From positions 1 to 53,367 of the IMG/VR virus record IMGVR_UViG_3300037484_000460: a stretch of DNA of 53,367 nt, one strand, 5' to 3'. A program made the position numbers and the translations under genes. The notes beneath the pieces are model-generated. The model saw only the letters and a program-made list of their open reading frames with translations. It was not told the origin of the DNA and did not search any database. Positions 38,308 to 45,792 of the stretch are shown here, piece by piece (the stretch's first letter is position 1; the number at the start of each line of letters is the position of its first letter). Origin of the DNA: a virus. Its lineage: Duplodnaviria > Caudoviricetes.

Positions 38308-38558
38308 CGGTCTGCACGAAGCGCCGATATGCCAGTGAAGTCGCGGCCAAGGCCGCACATCACCGTGCCGGCTACCGCCTTCGGGTCTACCGCTGCGAGA
38401 ACTGCGGGGCCCTGCACACGACGAACGCCGACAAGACGCCCCGGCTCGACTGGAGGGACGCCAAGCTACGGCGCCGGCCGGCTCGGACGCTGGCCCCCGA
38501 GCGCACCTTGGCCGAGGTGGAGGCGATCGCCGCCCAGATGAGGGCACGCGCCTCATGA
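38304..38558 (+). CDS. Hypothetical Zn-binding protein
   Basis: CTKRRY..RVYRCENCGALHTT. Confidence 0.65.
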   Translation: MTVCTKRRYASEVAAKAAHHRAGYRLRVYRCENCGALHTTNADKTPRLDWRDAKLRRRPARTLAPERTLAEVEAIAAQMRARAS

Positions 38559-39205
38559 GGCGTCAGGGCCTGGCGGGCAAGGGGAAGCCCCACCCCACGA
38601 CGGCTAAGGGCTCTAGAGCCGTAGCTACGGGGTTGGGGGCGAACGTAGGGAGCGTCAAGACCTCCATTACCCCTAAACAGGCCCGCTTCGTCCAGGAGTA
38701 CCTCATCGATTTGAACGCCACGCAGGCGGCAATCCGGTCCGGGTACAGCCGGAAGACGGCCGAACAGCAGGGCCCCAGGCTGTTGGGAAATGCTGGAGTT
38801 GCGGTGGCCATCAAGGCGGGGACGAAGGCCACGGCGGCCGAGACGGGCCACACGCGCGAGCGGGTGTTGAAGGAGCTGGCCATCTTGGCCTACTCAGACG
38901 CCGTGACGCACTACCTGGCAGACGATAAGGGGAACGTCTTCCTTGCGCCGGGTGCTCCCGAGGGGGCCCTGCGTGCCATCTCCTCGGTGAAGCGTCGGTT
39001 CACGACCACAGGTAGCGGCAAGGGCCAGCGGACCACGTGCGACATCGAAATCAAGCTCTGGGACAAGCCGGGGACCCTGAAGCTCTCCGGCCGGCATGTG
39101 GGCGTGGAGGGCTTCTTCGACAAGGTCGAGCATAGCGGGCCCGCGGGTGCCCCGATCCCAGTGCAGATCTACATGCCCGACAACGGGCGGGCGACCGAGA
39201 AGTGA
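38555..39205 (+). CDS. terS: Terminase small subunit
   Basis: TPKQARFVQEYLIDLNATQAAIRSGYS. Confidence 0.95.
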   Translation: MRRQGLAGKGKPHPTTAKGSRAVATGLGANVGSVKTSITPKQARFVQEYLIDLNATQAAIRSGYSRKTAEQQGPRLLGNAGVAVAIKAGTKATAAETGHTRERVLKELAILAYSDAVTHYLADDKGNVFLAPGAPEGALRAISSVKRRFTTTGSGKGQRTTCDIEIKLWDKPGTLKLSGRHVGVEGFFDKVEHSGPAGAPIPVQIYMPDNGRATEK

Positions 39206-40653
39206 GTACGGCCCTCGCCGAGCGTGTCGTGAGCATCCGGCCACAGCCGGGCCCGCAAGAGGCGTTTCTCTCGTCGCTGGCGGACATAGCCATCGTCGGC
39301 GGTGCGGCAGGCGGTGGCAAGACGTGGAGCCTACTCCTCGAGCCCTTGCGTCACGTCGAGAATAAGCACTTCGGCGCGGTGATCTTCCGGCGCACCTACC
39401 CGCAAATCACGAATGAGGGTGGCCTGTGGGACGAGGCCGCGGAGCTCTACCCGCACCTTCGCGCAGGCCGAAACGAGAACGACCTCGAGTACCGCTTCCC
39501 TTCCGGGATGACGGTCTCGTTCTCTCACCTGCAGCACGGGAAGGACGCCGACAAGTGGACCGGAGCGCAGGTGCCCCTCATCGGCTTCGACCAGCTCGAG
39601 GAGTTCGAGGAACGGCAGTTCTGGTACCTCCTCACTCGCAACCGCTCGGCTCGCGCCGGAGTGCGTCCCTACGTGAGGGCCACGTGCAATCCGGTACCGG
39701 ATGACGACATCGTGGGCGGATGGTTGAACCGGCTGATCTCGTGGTGGTGGGACCCCGGGACGGGATATGCGATCCCGGAGCGGTCGGGTGTCCTGCGCTG
39801 GTTTGTGCGGCTTGGCGAGGAGCTTCACTGGGCCGATACGCGCGAGGAGTTGCTGCGTCGCTTCCGCGACCGACCCGAAACGGAGATCCGGCCGAAGTCG
39901 CTGACGTTCATCCCGGCCGACCTCGACGACAACCCGGCCCTCGAGCTTGCCGACCCCGACTACCGCGCCTGGCTCATGGCGCAGCCGCTCGTGGAGCGGG
40001 AACGGCTCCTCAAGGGCAACTGGAAGATCAAGGCCACCAAGGGCAAGGTCTTCAACCGCGAGTGGTTCAAGTCCATTCTGTCGGCGGTTCCTGCGGACGT
40101 AACGTCGTGGGTCCGCTACTGGGACAAGGCGGGTACGGAGGGCGGGGGCAAGTTCTCGGCGGGCGTACTCGTGGGCAAGCGGGTGAACGGGCGTACGGTC
40201 CTCGCCAACGTAGTCCGTGGCCAGTGGTCCGCGCTCAACCGCGAGACGATCATCAAGCAGACGGCCGAGTCGGACCGTGCGCGCTTCGGCAACGTAGAGA
40301 TCTGGACGGAGCAGGAGCCCGGCTCGGGTGGCAAAGAGAGCGCCGAGGCCACGGTACGGATGCTCGCCGGGTTCGCGGTCCACGCGGACCGAGTAACCGG
40401 CGACAAGGTGACGCGGGCGGGTCCGCTCGCCGCCCAGGTCGAGGCGGGCAACGTCGACCTCCTCTCTCCGCTCGGTGAGCCCGCGGCTGGCACGCAGGTG
40501 TCGGCCCTTGAAGCCTTCCTTGTCGAAGCCCAGAACTTCGACGGCACCGGGGTCTGCGACCAGATCGACGCGGCCTCCGGCGCCTTCAACAAAGTCCACG
40601 GTGGCCCCGCGCCCGCCCGCATGGTCAACCGCTTTACCGGAGAGGCGATCTAG
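39202..40653 (+). CDS. terL: Terminase large subunit
   Basis: PQPGPQE, Walker A GGAAGGGKT, IGFDQLEE, ATCNP, nuclease YWDKA..DQIDA. Confidence 0.95.
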   Translation: MSTALAERVVSIRPQPGPQEAFLSSLADIAIVGGAAGGGKTWSLLLEPLRHVENKHFGAVIFRRTYPQITNEGGLWDEAAELYPHLRAGRNENDLEYRFPSGMTVSFSHLQHGKDADKWTGAQVPLIGFDQLEEFEERQFWYLLTRNRSARAGVRPYVRATCNPVPDDDIVGGWLNRLISWWWDPGTGYAIPERSGVLRWFVRLGEELHWADTREELLRRFRDRPETEIRPKSLTFIPADLDDNPALELADPDYRAWLMAQPLVERERLLKGNWKIKATKGKVFNREWFKSILSAVPADVTSWVRYWDKAGTEGGGKFSAGVLVGKRVNGRTVLANVVRGQWSALNRETIIKQTAESDRARFGNVEIWTEQEPGSGGKESAEATVRMLAGFAVHADRVTGDKVTRAGPLAAQVEAGNVDLLSPLGEPAAGTQVSALEAFLVEAQNFDGTGVCDQIDAASGAFNKVHGGPAPARMVNRFTGEAI

Positions 40654-40664
40654 GAGAAGGCACA

Positions 40665-42134
40665 ATGGCCAACGTCACCACGCAACATCCCGAGTACGCG
40701 AGCATGGCCGCCTTCTGGTCGCGATGCCGTGACCTCATCGAGGGGTCCGACACCGTGAAGCGGGGGTCGGCCTACGACCCGCTCGGAAGGTCTTACTCAT
40801 ACCTCCCGACGCCGCCCGGCATGAGCGCCCAAGACTTCGAGTTTTACAAGGCCCGCGCTCAGTTTTTCAACGCGATGGCGCGGACCGTGACGGCTCTCTC
40901 GGGTGCCGTGTTCACGAAGCCACCGACGGTCGAGTGTCCTGACGAGACGAAGGTGCAACTCGAAGACCTGACATCGCAGGACGAGCCGCTTGACGTTGTG
41001 GCTCAGAAGATCGTCACCGAAGTCATTTCGGTCGGGCGCGTCGGGGTGTTCTTGGAGATGCCGGAGAAGGCCCCGGCCGGTACACCGCCCTACTGGGCGA
41101 TGCGCTTGGCCCAAAACATCACGAACTGGCGCACGGCCAGGGTCGGCGACGATCCGGCGAAGCTTGTGCTCGTGGTGATTGCCGAGGAGGCGGAGGCCCC
41201 GGACGAGTTCGGCCACGACTGCGTGACTCAGTACCGACAGCTTGCGCTGGTCGATGGCAAGTATCAGGTGCGCGTGTGGACCCGGAAGGACACCGGAACG
41301 AAGACGGCCGAATACGAGCCGGGCGAGTGGATCGTTCCGATGAGGCGTGGCGTTGCGCTTGATTTCATTCCCTTCACCTTCGTCGGAATCGACGGGGTGT
41401 CGCCTTGCGTGTCGAAGCCGCCGCTTCTGGACCTGGCCAACGTGAACGTCGGGCACTTCCGCAACTCCGCGGATCACGAGCAGGGCTTGTTCAATACGGC
41501 GATACCGACGTACTTCGCGGCGGGCATGACCGCCAACAGCACGCCGTTGAAGGTAGGTGGGTCCGCGGCGTGGATGCTGCCGCAGGGCGCGACGGCCGGC
41601 GTGCTGGAGTTCTCGGGCGCAGGAATGAAGGCGATCCTCGACGCGATGACCGCGAAAGAGAAACAGATGGCAAGCCTCGGAGCACGCCTCCTCGAAGACC
41701 CGAGCGCGAATGCTGCGGAGACGGCAACGGCTGTGCGGATGCGCCACAGCGGCGAAGGTGCCGCGTTGCGCACGATCGCGGGCGCCGGTTCCACGGCGCT
41801 GACCACGCTCTTGCGGTGGCACGCTTGGTGGGCCGGTACGGGGGGGATCGACCAGTCGATCAAAGTCGCGCTCGCCCAGGAGTTCTCGAACATCCGTGCG
41901 ACGCCGGAAGAGGTGAAGGCGCTCGTGCTTCAAGTCCAAGCCGGGTTGATCGGGTACGAGACGTTCTACGCCAATCTCCAGAAGGGTGGCTGGACACGCG
42001 AGGGCGTCAGCGCGGCAGAGGAGCTGAAGGCGATCGAGGCCGAGGAGCCGATGCGGCCCGAGCCGCCCGAGCCCACGCCACCGAAGCCGGGGGATCCGCC
42101 GATGCCGATGCCCCCCAACCCGGCGGTGGCGTGA
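40665..42134 (+). CDS. Portal protein (DUF4055 type)
   Basis: Follows terL; HPEY..W..CRD..EG, KPPLLDLANVNVGHFRNSAD, LGARLL. Confidence 0.9.
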   Translation: MANVTTQHPEYASMAAFWSRCRDLIEGSDTVKRGSAYDPLGRSYSYLPTPPGMSAQDFEFYKARAQFFNAMARTVTALSGAVFTKPPTVECPDETKVQLEDLTSQDEPLDVVAQKIVTEVISVGRVGVFLEMPEKAPAGTPPYWAMRLAQNITNWRTARVGDDPAKLVLVVIAEEAEAPDEFGHDCVTQYRQLALVDGKYQVRVWTRKDTGTKTAEYEPGEWIVPMRRGVALDFIPFTFVGIDGVSPCVSKPPLLDLANVNVGHFRNSADHEQGLFNTAIPTYFAAGMTANSTPLKVGGSAAWMLPQGATAGVLEFSGAGMKAILDAMTAKEKQMASLGARLLEDPSANAAETATAVRMRHSGEGAALRTIAGAGSTALTTLLRWHAWWAGTGGIDQSIKVALAQEFSNIRATPEEVKALVLQVQAGLIGYETFYANLQKGGWTREGVSAAEELKAIEAEEPMRPEPPEPTPPKPGDPPMPMPPNPAVA

Positions 42135-42218
42135 TGGTGACCGTGGGTCAGTTAGAAGTGGTGCTTCGACTAAGGGACGAGGTGACGCCTCTATTCGGGA
42201 ACTATATACATGACTTCC

Positions 42219-42404
42219 CTAGCTAGCCTTGATGGTGCGGGGAGCCCGTTCCGGAAAATGACACGAACACTGGCACCACTCGCGCCCGTCCGCCGTCGAT
42301 GTCCAGGTACCGAGGCCGTAGTAGGCGTCGTGGCAGTCGCGCTCACGGCCGACGCCCTTGACTCCACAGAAGCAAGACGGAGCCTCCTTAGCTCTTTGCG
42401 GCAT
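42219..42404 (-). CDS. IS passenger, small Cys-rich protein
   Basis: CFCG..CQCSCH. Confidence 0.5.
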   Translation of the reverse strand: MPQRAKEAPSCFCGVKGVGRERDCHDAYYGLGTWTSTADGREWCQCSCHFPERAPRTIKAS

Positions 42405-42519
42405 CGCGCTTCGTCCTCCTCGCCCGTCTCTTCGCGGCCTTCGTCTTCGGCTTCGGACGGTAGGCGAGAACCACGTCGGTTATCCGGTCGAGCGTTGATG
42501 GTACTCGTGGCTTTCTCAT
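42388..42519 (-). CDS. Small basic protein coupled to the transposase
   Basis: ATGA overlap; MRKPRVPSTLDRITDVVLAYRPKPK.. Confidence 0.65.
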   Translation of the reverse strand: MRKPRVPSTLDRITDVVLAYRPKPKTKAAKRRARRTKRDAAKS

Positions 42520-43451
42520 GCGGTCAGCCTCTTGTAAGTGATGCGGCGGCCCACGGTTCCGTCCACGAAACTGTCCAGGCGGTCCAAGGTGTGACGCGCC
42601 ACGTTGCCAGCGTTCAGGCGGAACGTGAACTCGTCCACATAGCGGTGGAGATGCTTCCGGCTGGCGTGGTGGTAGACGCCATGAAGACCGCGCTTCAGGA
42701 CGGCCCAGACGCTCTCGATTCCGTTGGTGTGGGCGTCCCCTCGGACGTACTCCTTAGCGGAGTGGTTGACCGTCTGGTGCCGGAAGAACAGGCCGTCCAG
42801 GTCGGAGTAGCCGGCGTGCTCGTCGGTGTAGAGGTTGGCCCCGACTTCCACGGCGGCGTGTACAACGCTCTGGAGCGTGTTAACCGAGCGATCAGGAACC
42901 GGAAAGGCGAGCGTCCGGCCGCCACGTTCGCGGAGTCCAACCACGGCGACTTTGCCGACGCCACCACGACCGGCATGGAGCCGCTTGTGCTCGTGCTTGT
43001 TGGCTTCCTTGCCGCCGATGAAGCACTCGTCAACCTCCACGTCCCCGCCGAGCTTGCCGCCCCCGGCCAGAGGGTCCGAGCCGCATGCCTCGCGGAGCCT
43101 CTGGAGCATGAACCATGCGGTCTTCTGAGTGACGCCGATCTCCTTTGCCATCTGGAGAGACGAGACGCCCTTGCGGGCCGTTACGAGCAGGTACATGGCA
43201 TAGACCCACTTGTGGAGTGGGACATGCGACCGCTCGAAGATGGTTCCGGTTCGGACGGTGAACGTGTAGTCGTTCGGGCAGGCGTTACAGCGGTAGAAGC
43301 CGGCCTTGCGTGGCGTGATCCGCTCTCCCGACTTGCACTCAGGGCAGATGGGACCGGCTGGCCAGAGACGGCCCTCCAGATACAGGCGGCCCGATTCTGC
43401 GTCCGGGAACCGCTCGAAGAGTTGGAAGGTGCTGATCGTGCTTCGACTCAT
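42516..43451 (-). CDS. tnp: IS1595-family DDE transposase
   Basis: Zn ribbon CPEC..C..C, VEVDE, LYTDE, HTNGIESVW, YVDEFTFRLN. Confidence 0.95.
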   Translation of the reverse strand: MSRSTISTFQLFERFPDAESGRLYLEGRLWPAGPICPECKSGERITPRKAGFYRCNACPNDYTFTVRTGTIFERSHVPLHKWVYAMYLLVTARKGVSSLQMAKEIGVTQKTAWFMLQRLREACGSDPLAGGGKLGGDVEVDECFIGGKEANKHEHKRLHAGRGGVGKVAVVGLRERGGRTLAFPVPDRSVNTLQSVVHAAVEVGANLYTDEHAGYSDLDGLFFRHQTVNHSAKEYVRGDAHTNGIESVWAVLKRGLHGVYHHASRKHLHRYVDEFTFRLNAGNVARHTLDRLDSFVDGTVGRRITYKRLTA

Positions 43452-43454
43452 GAG

Positions 43455-43835
43455 TTACCCCTCCGCCCGAGCAATCGCGGCCAAAGCGAGCGGGATGTCC
43501 ATCTCTGCCTGGAGCAGTGGATAGCCAGCCGAGAGCGATACGATCCGCTTGAGGGCTTCCAGCAGTTCCGGAGCGGCGGCAATCAGCCGCGCGTCGGCTT
43601 CAGAGCTTGCGTCATGCCTCGCCCGCTCTGGATGTCTCTCGATGATGTCGGCGTCACCAAGACCTCCGGCCAGCCACGCAATCAGCTTCCCCGGCGGATG
43701 CTTTGCTCCACATTGGCACGGCCCGTCAAATGTCGGGTTTTCGACGGTGTAGTGGGCCGATCCGGTATCACGATAGTTAGGGCGCACGCTAAAGGTCCAA
43801 GGCCCGGGGGTGTGTCTCACAGTGAAATCCTCCAT
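43455..43835 (-). CDS. IS passenger, phage-type HTPGPW..ARLIAAAPELLEAL protein
   Basis: Characteristic motifs. Confidence 0.8.
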   Translation of the reverse strand: MEDFTVRHTPGPWTFSVRPNYRDTGSAHYTVENPTFDGPCQCGAKHPPGKLIAWLAGGLGDADIIERHPERARHDASSEADARLIAAAPELLEALKRIVSLSAGYPLLQAEMDIPLALAAIARAEG

Positions 43836-43838
43836 GGC

Positions 43839-44078
43839 CTAGCGCCGGCCGAGGGCGATGAAGCCGTCACGGGTAACTGCGTTGCCGTGTGGGTCCGTGA
43901 TCGTCCAAATACGGAACCCCATGACATCCACCTCGGCCGCGTCACAGGCCGACCAGCCGATGGATTGAGCCGCCTTTTCCGCCTCCCGGCGGCTCCCGAA
44001 CTGGATGATGACCCTAGAGTGGGCCGGCGGCAGGGGCCGGGTGGTGTCGATGGCTTGCAGGTACATGTCGCGCTTCAT
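43839..44078 (-). CDS. IS passenger, hypothetical protein (probably leaderless)
   Basis: ATG 6 nt after the -10 box. Confidence 0.7.
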   Translation of the reverse strand: MKRDMYLQAIDTTRPLPPAHSRVIIQFGSRREAEKAAQSIGWSACDAAEVDVMGFRIWTITDPHGNAVTRDGFIALGRR

Positions 44079-44084
44079 GCACTC

Positions 44085-44113
44085 AATATACATCACTCCC
44101 CCGGGGATGTCAA
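44085..44113 (-). promoter_or_regulatory. IS promoter with its -35 box inside the terminal IR
   Basis: TTGACA-17 bp-TATATT. Confidence 0.85.
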
Positions 44114-44274
44114 GTATATAATTCCCCTCTATTTGAGGCGGCCATCCGAAGCGCCACGGCTGCGCGACCCGCGTGTGGTTCTGGCGTGGCCATCGCCGCC
44201 GGCCTCGCTGCGGCAACGCAGAGCAAGCGGCCAGTGTCCCGCCGTGGCCTCTTCATGTTCTGGAGACGTCGTCG

Positions 44275-44550
44275 ATGATCCGCCTTTTCCTCTACGCCCT
44301 CGCTGCGGTCCTGGTCGTGCCCTTCCTCGTGGGCCTCGTGATCGGGATGTGCGTGCCCCTGGCCATCGGGCCGGTCCGCCGCCGGCTCATGGCCCATGCC
44401 GAGGCGATACGCTCGACGGAGAAGCGGCTAGACGCCGCCGCCGACCCGGGCAAGATCATCATGGACCCGTGGTACCGAACCGCGCAGGCCGCCCTCCGTG
44501 ACGCGAAGCGTCGCTACGATTTCCCGCCCGACGCCGGAGGTGAGTCGTGA
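44275..44550 (+). CDS. Membrane protein
   Basis: Hydrophobic N-terminus; GGAG RBS. Confidence 0.6.
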   Translation: MIRLFLYALAAVLVVPFLVGLVIGMCVPLAIGPVRRRLMAHAEAIRSTEKRLDAAADPGKIIMDPWYRTAQAALRDAKRRYDFPPDAGGES

Positions 44551-44693
44551 GCAGCACCACGCTCCCAGTCCTCCCGATGCCGAGGCCCGGCGACGCCTTC
44601 GTGATCCCGAGCGACCGCGGCCCTGTGGCGTTCTGCGTCGTGGAGTCCGTCAACGTTGCGCGGAATTGCTGCTTGGAGGTCACATGGGGATGA
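44547..44693 (+). CDS. Hypothetical protein (48 aa)
   Basis: GGAGGT RBS, GTGA overlap. Confidence 0.5.
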   Translation: MSSTTLPVLPMPRPGDAFVIPSDRGPVAFCVVESVNVARNCCLEVTWG

Positions 44694-44697
44694 ACGA

Positions 44698-44967
44698 ATG
44701 CCGGTAAACACGCCGTGCGCGGAGTACGAGGCCCACAAGGACCAGTGGGAGCGATGCCGCGACACCCGCGAAGGCTCCGACGCGGTGAAGGCGCGCGTGG
44801 CTGCCCGCCGTGCCATCTGGTTCAGGGCCGCCCGGGAGCGTGAGCCCACGTTCGTTGCCCACCTCATGGGTAGCATGGCGCTCGACATCGCGCAGGAGGC
44901 CGGAGGCTCTTGGGCCGAGGCGGTTCACGCGGTGTTGCGCCGGGCCCCGAAACGGGAGGCCGCCTGA
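44698..44967 (+). CDS. Chimeric ORF beginning with a portal-like N-terminus
   Basis: EYEAHKDQWERCRDTREGSDAVK resembles portal EYASMAAFWSRCRDLIEGSDTVK. Confidence 0.6.
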   Translation: MPVNTPCAEYEAHKDQWERCRDTREGSDAVKARVAARRAIWFRAAREREPTFVAHLMGSMALDIAQEAGGSWAEAVHAVLRRAPKREAA

Positions 44968-45149
44968 TGTCCAACGCGAAGATCCTGAAGCGGTCGCGCC
45001 GCTCAGGATATCTTGTGGCGAAAGAGCGAGGGGCAAAGGCCGAGCTGCATGACACGCTCACAGGTCTGTGTGTTCCGCCGGCCATCCGCGTCGACCGTAA
45101 GGAGGCCCCTCCTGGCGTGGTGGTCGTCAAACCCAGGGGCATGGCCTGA
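44967..45149 (+). CDS. Hypothetical protein
   Basis: TGATG coupling at both ends. Confidence 0.55.
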   Translation: MSNAKILKRSRRSGYLVAKERGAKAELHDTLTGLCVPPAIRVDRKEAPPGVVVVKPRGMA

Positions 45150-45427
45150 TGGCGCGCCTCCCCTCCGAGTACCGGGCGCTCCACGAGGCCGCCGACAAGG
45201 CCGAGCCCCGTCTCGCCCGGGCCGTGCTCAAGGCCCTGGAGCGGATCCGCGGTCAGGTGAGCATCAACGACCTCGCGATGGCGCTCGCGAACAAGAACGC
45301 GAAGCGGGCTCTTGCGCTGCTACCGCTGGCCACGGTCAAGGATGCGCTCTCGCCAGCGGGCCCCATCGTGCGGGACGCCGTGTTCAAGGGCGGCAGGCTC
45401 GGAGCCGAGCAGGTGAACAAGGCGTGA
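45149..45427 (+). CDS. Probable N-terminal part of a split minor head protein
   Basis: Helical ADKAEPRLARAVLKAL.. sequence upstream of the MuF gene. Confidence 0.5.
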   Translation: MARLPSEYRALHEAADKAEPRLARAVLKALERIRGQVSINDLAMALANKNAKRALALLPLATVKDALSPAGPIVRDAVFKGGRLGAEQVNKA

Positions 45428-45792
45428 AACCCGATCGGTCCGAGATGGGGTTTGATGGGAACGTGGTCCTCGTGTTCGACGCCGAGCGCACGCGACTGCC
45501 CATGTCGGAGCCCGACGCACAAGGTCGCCGAAGTGTGTTCACGACGTGCTGCGATTGCGGGCTCGTCCACGAGTTCGAGATAGGCCCGGACTACGTGACC
45601 GCAGTGCGCGCGCCCGACGACGTGGCCAAGAACATCCGGGCGACCGTGCTTGCCAAGAACCCCGAGTACTTCCCACTGCGACGGGAGAAAGAAAAGGGCG
45701 GGGGTGCGCGCCCCCGCCCCGTGGAGCCTGACCCGCCTGGGCAGCGTGCGGCTCCGTCCCGGGCGGATTGTAGCACCGGAGGCGTGGCGTGA
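45424..45792 (+). CDS. Hypothetical protein (CCDCGLVH motif)
   Basis: GTGA overlaps at both ends. Confidence 0.6.
   Translation: MKPDRSEMGFDGNVVLVFDAERTRLPMSEPDAQGRRSVFTTCCDCGLVHEFEIGPDYVTAVRAPDDVAKNIRATVLAKNPEYFPLRREKEKGGGARPRPVEPDPPGQRAAPSRADCSTGGVA

Larger units (their letters stand above)
42197..44126 (-). mobile_element. IS1595-family element with passenger genes (ISNwi1-like ends)
   Basis: 23-bp terminal IRs GGGAACTATATACATGACTTCCC / GGGAATTATATACTTGACATCCC (20/23); 8-bp target duplication CTCTATTC (42189-42196) / CTCTATTT (44127-44134). Confidence 0.9.
42134..44278 (+). pseudogene. 68-aa gene interrupted by the IS1595 element
   Basis: Removing 42197-44134 restores MVTVGQLEVVLRLRDEVTPLF-EAAIRSA..FWRRRR*, coupled to neighbours at both ends. 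Confidence 0.8.

Noticed and set aside
42210-44501. 763-aa ORF as a conventional protein-coding gene
   Set aside because: Its sequence is the antisense of the transposase and passenger genes; kept only as a candidate bridge ORF
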